Shown in pieces: positions 10,315 through 21,090 of a DNA stretch of 64,000 nt (position 1 is the stretch's first letter; each line of letters starts with the position of its first letter). Origin of the DNA: Ignavibacteriota bacterium (GTDB lineage: Bacteria; Bacteroidota; Ignavibacteria; UBA10030; UBA6906); the NCBI GenBank assembly GCA_963801355.1, contig CAWDEM010000008.1, positions 2,304,001 through 2,368,000 on the forward strand. Direction: 5' to 3'. The notes beneath the pieces were generated by a model. That model had not been told where the DNA came from, did not search any database, and was given only the letters and a program-made list of their open reading frames with translations. The translations under genes and the position numbers were made by a program.

Positions 10315-11844
10315 ATGATGCATGTCGCCGTCCGCGCAATTCTCCCCGACAACGTGACGTCGGATCTCCTCGCCATTCCCGCATTCGAAGATAAGGAACT
10401 CTTTCAGACTGCGGCTGAACTTCTGGCCGTGCTCGCCGGTACACGGCCGCCGGAGCTCACCACAAAGGCGTTCTCCGGAAAGAAAGGTCAGACACTCCTC
10501 GTGCATTCCGTGGTGCGGCCCCGGCAAATGTTCTTGCTCGTCGGGCTTGGACGGGGAACGGACCTTGATCGGGAACAGCTGCGCATGCTGGGCGCAGCGA
10601 CGGTGACCTCAGCGCGCTCGGTGCGCGCAAAAGCGATCGCATGCCTTGAACCGGCCTCCGCGGTGTTGGCCCTGGCGACGACGCATGCACCCATCCTCCC
10701 GGAGGACGTCGCCCAGAGCATCGTCGAAGGAGCTCTGCTTGCCGCCTACCGTTATGACAAGTACCGCACGCTAAACCGTCAGGAGCAATTCACGCCTGCA
10801 GGGTTCACGCTCATTGCCTCGTCAAGGAACCGCCTGCGTCAACTGGACAGTGGCGCGGAACGTGCCCGGATCCTCTGCAGATCGGTGTACCTCGCGCGTG
10901 ACCTCGCGAATGCCCCGGGAAACGAGATCACCCCCGAAGCCCTGGCGCGGGCAGCACGCGCCGCGGGACGCAGCAGCGGAGTGACCGTCTCTGTGCTCGA
11001 TGAGCGCAGGATCTCCCGCCTCGGCATGGGGGGACTCATAGGCGTCTCACAGGGGAGTGCGCGCCCGCCCCGATTTATCATCATGGACTACAAGCCCCGC
11101 CGGTCCAGCCGCCGTGTCCCGACCGTTGTTCTTGTGGGCAAGGGCGTGACATTCGATTCAGGCGGCATTTCGATCAAACCATCGGCGAATATGGCCGAGA
11201 TGAAAATGGATATGTCCGGGGCTGCAGCGGTCATCGGTGCCCTGCAGGCGGCTGCCTCGCTTGCGCTGCCCGTACACCTTGTCGGGCTGATTCCGGCGGC
11301 AGAGAACCTGCCGGGCGGACGGGCACTTAAACCCGGAGACATCCTCACGCATCTGAATGGTATGACATCCGAGATCGACAATACTGACGCCGAAGGGCGC
11401 CTGATACTTGCCGATGCTCTGGTCTATGCGGCACGATACTCCCCGGGACTCATCATTGACCTCGCTACGCTCACGGGGGCGATCGTGGTCGCTCTCGGGA
11501 ATTACACCACGGGAATGCTGGGGACTGCGCCGTCCGCCATGCGGCAGCTGGAAGAGGCCGGGCGACGCACGCACGAACGCGTGTGGGAACTCCCGCTGTT
11601 CGAAGACTATGAACGGCTGATCAAGAGCGACGTCGCCGATGTGAAGAATACCGGAGGGCGCTGGGCCGGGGCAATTACGGCCGCCCTCTTCTTGAAGAAA
11701 TTCACCGGAGCTCACCCCTGGGTTCACCTCGATATCGCCGGCACGGCAATCACGGAGGAAGCCGGCGCGTACATCCCGAAAGGAGGATCCGGCGTCGGCA
11801 TCCGATTGCTCGTGGATTTCCTCCGGCACTGGACTGATCATTAA
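10315..11844 (+). CDS. pepA: Leucyl aminopeptidase (M17)
   Basis: Motifs VGKGVTFDSGG, MKMDMSGAA, NTDAEGRL, DLATLTG and WVHLDIAG. Confidence 0.96.
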   Translation: MMHVAVRAILPDNVTSDLLAIPAFEDKELFQTAAELLAVLAGTRPPELTTKAFSGKKGQTLLVHSVVRPRQMFLLVGLGRGTDLDREQLRMLGAATVTSARSVRAKAIACLEPASAVLALATTHAPILPEDVAQSIVEGALLAAYRYDKYRTLNRQEQFTPAGFTLIASSRNRLRQLDSGAERARILCRSVYLARDLANAPGNEITPEALARAARAAGRSSGVTVSVLDERRISRLGMGGLIGVSQGSARPPRFIIMDYKPRRSSRRVPTVVLVGKGVTFDSGGISIKPSANMAEMKMDMSGAAAVIGALQAAASLALPVHLVGLIPAAENLPGGRALKPGDILTHLNGMTSEIDNTDAEGRLILADALVYAARYSPGLIIDLATLTGAIVVALGNYTTGMLGTAPSAMRQLEEAGRRTHERVWELPLFEDYERLIKSDVADVKNTGGRWAGAITAALFLKKFTGAHPWVHLDIAGTAITEEAGAYIPKGGSGVGIRLLVDFLRHWTDH

Positions 11845-11851
11845 GCGGCCT

Positions 11852-13207
11852 ATGAAGCTCACATCATCTGCTCTTTTGCTCCTGCTGGTCTTCGGACCGG
11901 CCGTGAGTCCGGCCCAGCCTCCGCTGCTGCCGGAAATCCAGATCCCGATGCATATCGAATCCGTGGTGCTCCCCGGGCGGGATGCGGAAACGTGGGTCGT
12001 TCAACTCAACTATCGCATCGACCGGGAGTTCTTTGTCCCCGTACGGAATACCGATCCAGCGGTCGAGGGACTGTACCGGCGATCGGGAGAGATCCTCATC
12101 GAGCTCGCCGACTCGGCCGGCCCGTCACACGAAAGACAGATCGACCGCATCGACATGCCGGAAAACACCCCCGTCTCTTCGCCGGAGCAGCCTCACTGGG
12201 TTCAGGGAACCGCATCCTTCACCGTCCCTCCCGGAACATATCGGATATTCTTCGAGGCCGCAGACACGGAATCACGGCGGCGGCAGGTCAAGAAGGACAT
12301 TGTGGCACGCGCACCGCAGAGTAACCCGGACAGCCTCGTGATCACCGGCGTGGCATTTGTCGACCCGGCACGCGGAGTTTCCCCGGACACACTGTTCATG
12401 CAGAATTTCGGCGGTGATTTTCTCTTCGGCGAGAACAGCGCCCTGCTCGTCGGCCTGCACCTCCCCGGAGACACAAGTACGACCGCTCAGGGCCGATGGT
12501 CATTCACCCCGGCGGAACACGGGGGCGCATCGAACTCGAACCTGACAGCGGACAGCCTGCCGGGGATCCGCATCATCCGGCACAGACAACTCCTTCTGTC
12601 CGCATCCACCGGAGAGGTCCGGGGTCTTTGGCGTGCCGACAGCACGACCTCCGCCGCGTTCGCGGTGATCCCGATGAGCACTGCTCTTCTCCCCTTGCGG
12701 GACTACACGCTTCGTCTCGACCTCACGACGGCCCGGGGAAGACAGGCAACGGTGAGCCACCGGTGCCGGGCCGTATGGCCGGAGATGCCCTTCTCGCTGA
12801 AGAATGTCGACGGTGCGCTCGATGCGCTGCGGTTCATCACGACGGAACGTCAGCTGGATTCCCTCAGGCGCGGCTCATTCGAAGAACGGAGGGATGCACT
12901 CGAGACGTTCTGGCGGTCGCGCGACCGGTCTCCCGGAACGGCCCGGAATGAAGTCATGACTGAGTACTACCGCCGCGTGGACTATGCGACAAGGAATTTC
13001 GGAACGCTGCGGATTCCCGACGGATCCCGGAGCGACATGGGAAGAGTCTTTGTCCTGTACGGTCCTGCGACCCGGACCGAGCGTTCGCTGAATCCCGGCG
13101 GGGGGCATCTCGAGACATGGTTCTATGATCGTCTTCGCAAGAAGTTCGTGTTTGTGGATCTGGACAGGACGGGCACTTACACCCTGGCGGCAACCGCCCC
13201 CCTATGA
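11852..13207 (+). CDS. Secreted GWxTD-domain protein
   Basis: Signal peptide; C-terminal FW..RD.SPGTARNE.M.EYYRRVDYA..NF, then GSRSDMGRVFVLYGP and ETWFY. Confidence 0.85.
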   Translation: MKLTSSALLLLLVFGPAVSPAQPPLLPEIQIPMHIESVVLPGRDAETWVVQLNYRIDREFFVPVRNTDPAVEGLYRRSGEILIELADSAGPSHERQIDRIDMPENTPVSSPEQPHWVQGTASFTVPPGTYRIFFEAADTESRRRQVKKDIVARAPQSNPDSLVITGVAFVDPARGVSPDTLFMQNFGGDFLFGENSALLVGLHLPGDTSTTAQGRWSFTPAEHGGASNSNLTADSLPGIRIIRHRQLLLSASTGEVRGLWRADSTTSAAFAVIPMSTALLPLRDYTLRLDLTTARGRQATVSHRCRAVWPEMPFSLKNVDGALDALRFITTERQLDSLRRGSFEERRDALETFWRSRDRSPGTARNEVMTEYYRRVDYATRNFGTLRIPDGSRSDMGRVFVLYGPATRTERSLNPGGGHLETWFYDRLRKKFVFVDLDRTGTYTLAATAPL

Positions 13208-14193
13208 AGCCACGGATCGCCATAACGGCAGGAGATTTCAACGGCATCGGTCCGGAGGTGGTCCTCCGGAGCATCCGCACAAGAGCGGTCCGTGATTCCT
13301 GTGTGCCCGTGCTTGTCGGACCGGCAAATGCTTTCCAGTACTATGCGGGCATCAGCGGGATGCGGCTCGCGCTGACGCCGTTCAATGACCGCAATACCTC
13401 ACGCGGCACGCTGTTTGTCGAGAGCTCGGAAGTCCCGGCCCTGCAGATCGTTCCCGGTACGCTCTCACGGGTTGCCGGTGCGGCAGCGGCCTCCGCAATT
13501 GCCACCGCCGTCCGCATGGCGCTGCGGGGAGATGTGGACGCGATGGTGACCGCGCCCGTGTCAAAACAGGCGCTGCATCTTGCAGGAGTTCCTTTCCCGG
13601 GCCATACAGAGATGGTGCAGCAGCTTTCCCGATCGCGCCATGTTGCAATGATGCTGGTCTCCCCCACCCTCCGGGTGGGACTGGTGACAATGCACATTCC
13701 CCTGTCGGATGTTCCGCGCATACTCACACCGGCGCTGATTACTGATCGGATTACGGTGATTCATGCGGCGCTCAGACGGGACTGGGGTATCCCCCGACCT
13801 GCCCTTGCGGTCCTCGCTCTGAACCCCCACGCCGGCGAAGGAGGCGACATCGGCACGGAGGAACAACGCGTCATCCTCCCCGCTCTCGCACGGCTGCGGA
13901 AGAAAGGGTTCCGGCTCGAAGGCCCGTTTCCCGCCGACGGATTCTTCGCACGGTATCAACCGGGAGTCTACGACGGCGTCGTCGCCATGTATCATGACCA
14001 GGGATTGATACCGCTCAAGATGTCCTCCGGCGGACGGGGGGTTAATGTCTCCGTCGGATTGAGGATTATCCGGACCTCTCCCGACCACGGCACCGCATTC
14101 GATCGAGCCGGCCGCGGCACCGCCGATCCCGGCAGCATGGTGGAGGCCATTCTTCTCGCAGTCCGTATCGCGCACAACAGACGCCGCATCTGA
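13204..14193 (+). CDS. pdxA: 4-hydroxythreonine-4-phosphate dehydrogenase
   Basis: Motifs GDFNGIGPE, PGHTE, NPHAGE, AMYHDQGL and RTSPDHGTAFD. Confidence 0.96.
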   Translation: MKPRIAITAGDFNGIGPEVVLRSIRTRAVRDSCVPVLVGPANAFQYYAGISGMRLALTPFNDRNTSRGTLFVESSEVPALQIVPGTLSRVAGAAAASAIATAVRMALRGDVDAMVTAPVSKQALHLAGVPFPGHTEMVQQLSRSRHVAMMLVSPTLRVGLVTMHIPLSDVPRILTPALITDRITVIHAALRRDWGIPRPALAVLALNPHAGEGGDIGTEEQRVILPALARLRKKGFRLEGPFPADGFFARYQPGVYDGVVAMYHDQGLIPLKMSSGGRGVNVSVGLRIIRTSPDHGTAFDRAGRGTADPGSMVEAILLAVRIAHNRRRI

Positions 14194-14200
14194 GGCACCC

Positions 14201-14869
14201 ATGATCCGCTTCAGTGATGTCAGTTTCTCCTTTGGTCCCTCCACCGTCCTGGATTCGATCTCGTTTGAAATCCAACCCGGGGAGTTCGTGTTTCTTGTGG
14301 GGCAGACGGGGTCCGGCAAGAGCACCATCCTCAAGCTGATCTATATGGAGATCATGCCCACCAGGGGCACGGTCATGGTCGGCAAGTACCTGTCCTCACA
14401 GATACAGCGCAGGGAAACTCCTCTTCTGCGCCGTACTCTCGGCGTTGTGTTCCAGGATTTCCGGCTGCTTGACGACCGGAACGTATTCGACAATGTGGCC
14501 TTCGCCCTCCACGTCACAAGTGTGAGCGGCACCGAAATCAAGAAACGCGTGCTGCGCGCCCTCGCGGAAGTCGGCCTGAGCCATCACAGGAACAGGATGC
14601 CTTCGGAGCTCTCCGGAGGTGAACTGCAACGCGTGGTCATTGCACGTGCGCTCGTCAACAACCCGCACTTTCTCCTCGCCGACGAACCCACCGGCAACCT
14701 GGACCCCACAACCTCGCGCGAGATCCTTCAACTCCTGAAGGATATCAACACGCGGGGTACCGCGGTGATCATGGCGACGCACAACTACGAATTGGTCAGA
14801 AGGGTCAAGGAAAGGATTTTACAGGTCCGCGAAGGAAAAATCTACGAAGTAGAAATGCGGGCAGGCTGA
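14201..14869 (+). CDS. ftsE: Cell division ATP-binding protein FtsE
   Basis: Motifs [26 protein letters not shown] and [11 protein letters not shown]. No ftsX follows it here. Confidence 0.88.
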   Translation: MIRFSDVSFSFGPSTVLDSISFEIQPGEFVFLVGQTGSGKSTILKLIYMEIMPTRGTVMVGKYLSSQIQRRETPLLRRTLGVVFQDFRLLDDRNVFDNVAFALHVTSVSGTEIKKRVLRALAEVGLSHHRNRMPSELSGGELQRVVIARALVNNPHFLLADEPTGNLDPTTSREILQLLKDINTRGTAVIMATHNYELVRRVKERILQVREGKIYEVEMRAG

Positions 14870-14871
14870 AT

Positions 14872-15111
14872 CTAGAGGGTCACCGTCTCCACCCGAAGGA
14901 CCTCCGGTACCTCGTTCATTACCATCCGCTCCACCCCGGCACGCAGGGTCATCTGGCTCATCGGACAGATCCTGCAGGTTCCGACCCAGCTGATCTCGAG
15001 CACGCCGTCATCGCGCATCCTCACAAAGTGTACATCCCCGCCGTCTTTCTGCAGGAACGGACGAATCTCGGTCAGCGCGGTGTGAATACGTTCTTCAATC
15101 GTCATGGTCAT
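14872..15111 (-). CDS. NifU/NfuA C-terminal domain Fe-S carrier
   Basis: Motifs IRPFLQKDGGDV and GTCRICPMSQMTL (CxxC). Confidence 0.9.
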   Translation of the reverse strand: MTMTIEERIHTALTEIRPFLQKDGGDVHFVRMRDDGVLEISWVGTCRICPMSQMTLRAGVERMVMNEVPEVLRVETVTL

Positions 15112-16199
15112 GTCAGCTGAATATCCACGCGTGTGTCGGCTGTGCGGGCGGCATTACGGATGCTCACCTGCGCCGCCATGTTCCGGGCTATCCGCCTGAT
15201 ACTGTCTCCCGGCCCCCCCGGCTGCCCGTCAAGGACGACCGGCTTGCCCGCATCACCGCTTATGCGAATGCTGGTGAAGATAGGAATCTCACCCAGAAAT
15301 GGTACGCCGAGTTCTTCCGCAGCGCGGCGGCCGCCGCCGTTGTCAAAGATTTCCTCCCTGTGGCCGCAATGCGTACAGACGTAGTAGCTCATATTCTCGA
15401 TCAGACCGAGGACCGGTACATTCACTTTCTCGAACATCACGTACCCCTTCCGGGCATCGGCAAGGGAAATATCCTGCGGCGTCGTCACGATCACCGCCCC
15501 GGTCAACGGAATGGTCTGCACAAGCGTCAACTGAATGTCGCCTGTGCCGGGGGGCAGGTCGAACACCAGGTAATCCAGCTCTCCCCAGTCGACATCCGTC
15601 ATGAACTGCTTGATGGCGCCACTGGCCATCGGACCTCGCCAGATCACCGCCTGCATCGGATCCACAAGAAAGCCGATGGACATGACTTTTACGCCCCAGT
15701 TTTCCATCGGCTGAAGGCGCTGGTTGCGGACGCCCGGGCGGCCCTTGATACCCATCATCAGCGGGATGCTCGGCCCGTAAACATCAGCATCAACGAGGCC
15801 CACGCTGGCACCTTCGCGCGCAAGAGCAACGGCGAGGTTGACGGCGACCGTGGACTTCCCCACCCCCCCCTTGCCGGAAGCGACCGCGATGGTGTTTTTC
15901 ACCCCCGGGAGAACGTCCCCCGGTTGCCGCTCCTTGCGTGCATGTGTCACGCGCGAAGACATCCGCACCGTCACTGCGCCCACCCCCGGGATCGCATCAC
16001 GGATGGCACGTTCCGCGGCGCCCTTGAGCTCATCGCGCACGGGACACGCGGGAGTTGTCAGCTCAATGTCTACCGCAACGTCATTGCCCTCGATGGTCAC
16101 GTCCTTGACGAAACTCAGCGAAACGATATCGCGGTGCAAATCAGGATCACGAACCACTCGCAGCGCATCGAGGACACTTGCCCGGGTGAGTGCAGTCAT
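15108..16199 (-). CDS. apbC: Mrp/ApbC/NBP35 Fe-S cluster carrier ATPase
   Basis: N-terminal DUF59-like LTTPACP; motifs ASGKGGVGKST, DLPPGTGD and ENMSY.VCTHC. Start uncertain (16199 or 16217). Confidence 0.92.
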   Translation of the reverse strand: MTALTRASVLDALRVVRDPDLHRDIVSLSFVKDVTIEGNDVAVDIELTTPACPVRDELKGAAERAIRDAIPGVGAVTVRMSSRVTHARKERQPGDVLPGVKNTIAVASGKGGVGKSTVAVNLAVALAREGASVGLVDADVYGPSIPLMMGIKGRPGVRNQRLQPMENWGVKVMSIGFLVDPMQAVIWRGPMASGAIKQFMTDVDWGELDYLVFDLPPGTGDIQLTLVQTIPLTGAVIVTTPQDISLADARKGYVMFEKVNVPVLGLIENMSYYVCTHCGHREEIFDNGGGRRAAEELGVPFLGEIPIFTSIRISGDAGKPVVLDGQPGGPGDSIRRIARNMAAQVSIRNAARTADTRVDIQLT

Positions 16200-16242
16200 G
16201 CTGATGGGACCTTCCATGTATTGTGCTCTGTATAACATCCCG

Positions 16243-17466
16243 TCATTTGAGAAGGTTCATCTTCTTGCCCACTGTTCGGAAGGCCTCGAGAGCACGGTCG
16301 ATATCCTTCAGGCGCAGGGCCGCCGACACCTGCGCGCGCAGGCGGGCTTCACCTTTGGGAACCACGGGATACCAGAGACCGCGAATGTACACCCCTTCCT
16401 TCAGTAACGCGTTGCTCATTTCCTGGGCGACGGATGCTTCGCCGAGCATGATGGGCACAATCGGATGGTCGCCTTCGAGAATGGTGAATCCCAGCTCCAC
16501 GATCCTCTTCCGAAAATAGGCGGTGTTCCGGTGGAGCCGCTTGACAATTGACTTGTCCTTCATGAGAAGATCGAACGCTGCGGTCGCCCCAAACACGATC
16601 GAGGGAGGGAGAGAGTTCGAGAAGATGTAGGTCCTGGCCTTCTGCCGCATGAAGGAGATCACTTCCCGCTTGCCGCTAATGTATCCCCCGGCGGCGCCGC
16701 CGATCGCTTTTCCCAGGGTTCCTGTCAGCACGTCGATCTTGCCGTGGACACCCTTGGCTTCCGGTGTACCGCGTCCCGACTTTCCGCACACGCCGACTGC
16801 GTGGGAATCGTCGACGAAAAGAATCGCCCCGTAGTGCTGCGCCACTGCGACAAGGCGGTCGAGCGGGGCCAGATCGCCCTCCATGCTGAACACGCCGTCG
16901 GTGGCAATCATACGGAGCCGGTAATCGGTGTGTGCGTCCTCCTCGAGTTGCCGGACGAGGTCATCGACGTCCGCATGCTTGTAAATCTTCTTGTCCGTCG
17001 TCTCGGCCTTGCACAACCGTTGCCCGTCAATAATGCTCGCGTGATTCAAACGATCGGAGTAGATGACATCCTTGTATGTCTCGCATCCCATCTTTTCGTT
17101 GGTCAAAGACGCAAAGAACGCCTCGTTGGCGGCCCAGCAGGAGGAAAACAGAATCGTATCCTCGGTGCCGAGGAACCGCGAAATCTTTTTTTCCAGTGCA
17201 AGGTGAATGTCCTGGGTGCCGCAGATGAACCGTACCGATGCAACGCCGTACCCGTATTCCTTGATGCCTGCAATCGCCGCCCTCCGGACAACAGGGTGAT
17301 TCGACAGCCCGGCATAGTTGTTGGAGGCGAGCATCACCACCTTCTTGCCGTTTACCCGCACAATGCCATCCTGCGCGCCCTGGAGCGCGACTTCATGCTT
17401 GTACGTGTTGGATTCCTCGAGCTGCTTCAGTTCTGCACTTACAAGTTCTAGTACGCGTGACATCAC
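16243..17466 (-). CDS. kbl: Glycine C-acetyltransferase (2-amino-3-ketobutyrate CoA ligase)
   Basis: Motifs SNNYAGLS, ASVRFICGTQ, NHASIIDG, DGVFSMEGD, TLGKA and ARLRAQVSA. Confidence 0.9.
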   Translation of the reverse strand: MMSRVLELVSAELKQLEESNTYKHEVALQGAQDGIVRVNGKKVVMLASNNYAGLSNHPVVRRAAIAGIKEYGYGVASVRFICGTQDIHLALEKKISRFLGTEDTILFSSCWAANEAFFASLTNEKMGCETYKDVIYSDRLNHASIIDGQRLCKAETTDKKIYKHADVDDLVRQLEEDAHTDYRLRMIATDGVFSMEGDLAPLDRLVAVAQHYGAILFVDDSHAVGVCGKSGRGTPEAKGVHGKIDVLTGTLGKAIGGAAGGYISGKREVISFMRQKARTYIFSNSLPPSIVFGATAAFDLLMKDKSIVKRLHRNTAYFRKRIVELGFTILEGDHPIVPIMLGEASVAQEMSNALLKEGVYIRGLWYPVVPKGEARLRAQVSAALRLKDIDRALEAFRTVGKKMNLLK

Positions 17467-17505
17467 AGTCTCCTTACGTCAGTGGTCGATTGGCCGGACA
17501 GAAGT

Positions 17506-18882
17506 TCATGCCGCCGGCAGGGCGGACTTCACCAACCGCACCGCAAACGAACCATCCATACCATGGCGGTGCGGGAAGGTGGCGATCCACCCCCCGGGGG
17601 TGACAAGGTCGGGATGCACAAATTGCCCCGCCGGATCAATGTGAAATTCCGGATGATCCTCCAGAAACCCTGCAATCATCTCTTCATTCTCCTCGGGTTC
17701 GATCGTGCAGGTGCTGTACACGAGGACGCCGCCGGGTTTCAACAATCGCCCCGCGTTCTCCAGCATTGCCCGCTGTGTTGCAACCAGCTTCATGATATCC
17801 AGTTGATCGCGTTTCCATTTCATGTCGGGCTTCTTGGCGAGGGTCCCGAGACCCGAGCAGGGTGCATCAAGAAGGATACGGTCGGCCGGGGATTCCTCAA
17901 ACGTGATCGCATCTGCCGCGCGGAGCTGAATGTTGCGCAGCCCGAGGCGCTCGGCCGAGCCCTTGATCATCGCGAGCTTCGCGTCGTATTTGTCCAGTGC
18001 GAAGATCACCCCCTCGTTGTTCATCATCTCCGCGAGGTACGTTGTCTTTCCCCCCGGAGCCGCGCACATGTCAATGACCCGCTCTCCCGGCCGCACATCC
18101 AGCAGCTGGCAGGGCAATCCCGCACTTTCATCCTGAATCGTGAACATCCCGTTGCGGAAGAGGTCCATCTGGCCGATGCGCGACAGGGTCTTCACCCGCA
18201 CAAAATGCGGGAGGTACGCCGAGGATGAAAAGGGAATCTGTTGCCCGGTGAGGTGATTCTTGAATGCGTCCAGATCAATCTTGAGGCGGTTGATGCGCAA
18301 CGCCATGCTCGGACGTTCGTTGTTTGCCATCATCAGCCGTTCGGTTTCTTCACGGCCGTAACGGCGCAACCAGCGCTTCACCATCCAGTGGGGATGGGAA
18401 TAGAACACCGCAAGATACTGTACTTCATCCTCTGCGGGATCGGGATACCGGATGCCTTCGATGTTCCGGATGATGTTCCGGAGAACCGCGTTCACCAAAC
18501 CTGCAGGCTTGTCGCCGCGAATGCGCTTGATGAATTCCACCCCCTCATTCACCGCCGCGGCGTGGGGAATTCGTTCCAGGAAGAGGATCTGATAGAGGGC
18601 AACGCGGAGGGTGTTCTTGACGTTGATCTCGGACTTGGCAAAATTCCCGTGGGAGAATCCGTTCAGCACCCAGTCCAGTCTGTTCTGCCAGCGGAGGACG
18701 CCGTGGACAAGCTCGTTGAGAAGCCCTTTATCCAGATCGGAGAGCTCGCCGGAACGGAGTTCGCCGTCAAGCACCTTGTCGAGGTACGAGTCGGTGCGTT
18801 CGACGCGGTTGAGGACTTTGACTGCCGTTCCGCGGGGCCCGCTGTAGAGGCTCTTCCACTCGGCTGCCGGGACGTCATTCAT
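17506..18882 (-). CDS. rsmB: 16S rRNA m5C967 methyltransferase RsmB/Sun (NusB-like N-terminal domain)
   Basis: Motifs VNAVLR, DMCAAPGGKT, LLDAPCSGLG and YSTCTIEPEEN. Confidence 0.95.
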   Translation of the reverse strand: MNDVPAAEWKSLYSGPRGTAVKVLNRVERTDSYLDKVLDGELRSGELSDLDKGLLNELVHGVLRWQNRLDWVLNGFSHGNFAKSEINVKNTLRVALYQILFLERIPHAAAVNEGVEFIKRIRGDKPAGLVNAVLRNIIRNIEGIRYPDPAEDEVQYLAVFYSHPHWMVKRWLRRYGREETERLMMANNERPSMALRINRLKIDLDAFKNHLTGQQIPFSSSAYLPHFVRVKTLSRIGQMDLFRNGMFTIQDESAGLPCQLLDVRPGERVIDMCAAPGGKTTYLAEMMNNEGVIFALDKYDAKLAMIKGSAERLGLRNIQLRAADAITFEESPADRILLDAPCSGLGTLAKKPDMKWKRDQLDIMKLVATQRAMLENAGRLLKPGGVLVYSTCTIEPEENEEMIAGFLEDHPEFHIDPAGQFVHPDLVTPGGWIATFPHRHGMDGSFAVRLVKSALPAA

Positions 18883-18971
18883 GTGTGGTATTCAGGAAAA
18901 GGAAGGGCGGAGGACACCGGGTGACCTCCGCCGCAGGGATACGGGCAGGGACACTGCTGGGACAGAGAACC

Positions 18972-19193
18972 CTATGCGGTAGTCTGGTCCGCAGTTTTTT
19001 TGCCGTACTTCTTCAGGTAGCGCTCAACGCGGCCGGCCGAGTCGACCAGTTTCTGCCGCCCTGTGAAGAACGGATGACACGCAGAACAGATTTCGAGTTT
19101 GAGATCACCGGCCGTGGATCGCGTCTCGAAGGTATTCCCGCAAACGCATGTCACCACAGCTTTCTTGTAGTCCGGATGGATGCCTTCTTTCAT
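18972..19193 (-). CDS. rpmE: 50S ribosomal protein L31 (zinc-binding type A)
   Basis: [26 protein letters not shown]; true ATG at 19193. Confidence 0.97.
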   Translation of the reverse strand: MKEGIHPDYKKAVVTCVCGNTFETRSTAGDLKLEICSACHPFFTGRQKLVDSAGRVERYLKKYGKKTADQTTA

Positions 19194-19245
19194 CTGAGTC
19201 CCAACCCTGATAATTGCCCGATTGTTGTTGCTTCCAAAGTTATTA

Positions 19246-19306
19246 AAGGTACCGCTTTCAGGGACAAGAAGCAATATTTGAAATTCGCCCGGGGAATGCC
19301 TACATT
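19246..19306. promoter_or_regulatory. Back-to-back divergent sigma70 promoters (rpmE and porQ-like gene)
   Basis: Minus strand TTGCTT-N17-TACCTT (19274-19246); plus strand TTGAAA-N17-TACATT (19278-19306). Confidence 0.55.
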
Positions 19307-19349
19307 GCAGGCGAATTGTGTAGCGATGGATCACCCGGGGTGAGGAGCG

Positions 19350-20300
19350 ATGAAGCGATTTTCTCTCTGCATTCTTGTGGCCGGAATTGCCGCACTTGCG
19401 ACGGAAACCCTCCAGGCAGCCGGAGCCACGACGGCATTCAGTTTCCTGCGAAACGATGCGAGCGCCAGGACGGCCGCCCTCGCCGGCAGCGTTGTCACCA
19501 TCACCGACGATCCGAACATGGTCTTCTACAATCCGGCGAGTCTCGCCACCATTGAAGGCATGCGCGGTTCAATCGGCTTGTTCAAACATCTCCTGGATAT
19601 CAACGCGGGTGCCGCTTCCTATTCCACCGAAGTCGAAGACATCGGCAGGTTTGGCGTGGGGCTGCTGTACACGAACTACGGCTCGTTCACTGAAACCGAC
19701 GCCGTCGGCAACACCCTCGGAACGTTCGGTGCGAATGACCTTGCGTTGAGCATCGGCTATGCAACCACGCTGGAGGAACAGCTGTACGTCGGCGGTACCG
19801 TCAAATTCATCTACTCCGGCATCGCAGGCTACACGTCCACCGCCGTGGCCGCAGACGTGGGCATTCTGTACCGGATCCCGGACGCGCGCGTGGCGCTCGG
19901 CGCAAGCATCCGCAATCTGGGGGCTCAACTTGCGACATATAATGGCGTCCGCGAACAACTGCCCCTCGATGTGACCGTGGGTGCATCGGTCGTTCCCAAG
20001 GGCCTGCCTCTCCTGCTGAACGTCGGATTCCACAGACTCGCTGACAATGTCCCTTCCCTCGGCGAACGGTTCCGTCATTTCACCGTAGGCGGGGAATTCA
20101 CGCTGAGTCGTGTGCTGCTCCTGCGGGTGGGATTCGACAACGCGAAAAGGAAGGATTTCAAAATTGGTTCGTCCGCCGACCTGGCGGGCTTTTCCGCGGG
20201 GCTGGGCGTCCTGGTCAGCGACTACACCATCGACTACGGTCTGTCATCGCTGGGCAAAGCAGGCAACCTTCACCGCATCTCGGTCAGCACAACATTCTGA
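19350..20300 (+). CDS. PorV/PorQ-family outer-membrane beta-barrel (type IX secretion associated)
   Basis: Signal peptide; motifs [26 protein letters not shown] and SIRNLG; alternating beta pattern; C-terminal Phe. Confidence 0.82.
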   Translation: MKRFSLCILVAGIAALATETLQAAGATTAFSFLRNDASARTAALAGSVVTITDDPNMVFYNPASLATIEGMRGSIGLFKHLLDINAGAASYSTEVEDIGRFGVGLLYTNYGSFTETDAVGNTLGTFGANDLALSIGYATTLEEQLYVGGTVKFIYSGIAGYTSTAVAADVGILYRIPDARVALGASIRNLGAQLATYNGVREQLPLDVTVGASVVPKGLPLLLNVGFHRLADNVPSLGERFRHFTVGGEFTLSRVLLLRVGFDNAKRKDFKIGSSADLAGFSAGLGVLVSDYTIDYGLSSLGKAGNLHRISVSTTF

Positions 20301-20352
20301 CGGTACCCCCACAGGCTCTCTGTGCTGCAGGCTGACGTGCCGCGACAGGGGT

Positions 20353-21090
20353 TCAGCCCTCCAGCAGAACTTTGCCGAAGTAGAATAGCACCATCCCGGC
20401 GAACACCAGCATCGGTATGAGCCTGTTGCGTGAGTGATTGATTTCCGGGATCAGATCACTTGCCCCGACGTAGGTCGCAATCCCCGCAGAAAACGCAAAT
20501 GCACCGCTCACCAGCCGGACGCTTACTCCCCCCAGTGCGAGGCCCGCAATGGCACCGATCAACGTCGCGCCGCCGATGGCGATGCTTGCGGCCAGAGCCG
20601 TTGTCCGCCTGGATTTTGCGGACACCATGACCGACGCAACGGTCAATCCTTCGGGCATCTTGTGCAGCAACACGGCGATGAAGACCATGAGGCCGAGCGT
20701 GAAGTCGAACTGCATCCCCACCGCAATGGTAAACCCGTCAAAGAACGCGTGGATAAAAAGCCCCAGAAAGGTCGAAAAACTCGCCGCGCGTGACACCATC
20801 ACCTCGTGGTGCGTCTCTTCCCCGAAGTGCAAATGGCCCACGACTGTGTGCTCGAAGAAATGGAGCACCGCATACCCCGCGAGCATCAGGAGCGGGGCCT
20901 CGGAGCCACCGCCCTTCAGCGCTTCCGGCACGAGTTCCACAAACACCAGTGACAGCAGGAAACCCGCGCTGAGTGCCAGCAGGTACTCCTGCACCCGTGC
21001 GGGCCACCGCTTCCGCCAGATGACCAGCACACTCCCGGTGACCTCGGCAAGAGCTGCAAGGAGCGCATACCCGAGAATGGGTAGTGTCAT
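20353..21090 (-). CDS. ZIP family metal transporter
   Basis: Motifs ALSAGFLL, His-rich loop GHLHFGEETHH, IHAFFDG, LLHKMPEG and SDLIPE. Confidence 0.9.
   Translation of the reverse strand: MTLPILGYALLAALAEVTGSVLVIWRKRWPARVQEYLLALSAGFLLSLVFVELVPEALKGGGSEAPLLMLAGYAVLHFFEHTVVGHLHFGEETHHEVMVSRAASFSTFLGLFIHAFFDGFTIAVGMQFDFTLGLMVFIAVLLHKMPEGLTVASVMVSAKSRRTTALAASIAIGGATLIGAIAGLALGGVSVRLVSGAFAFSAGIATYVGASDLIPEINHSRNRLIPMLVFAGMVLFYFGKVLLEG

Noticed and set aside
19194-19334. N-terminal extensions in the ORF track for rpmE (also bioY, icd, glmM, TPR, korB, dnaJ, DUF2520)
   Set aside because: The upstream in-frame starts run through promoter regions or neighbouring genes. Homology and SD position support the downstream starts used here.
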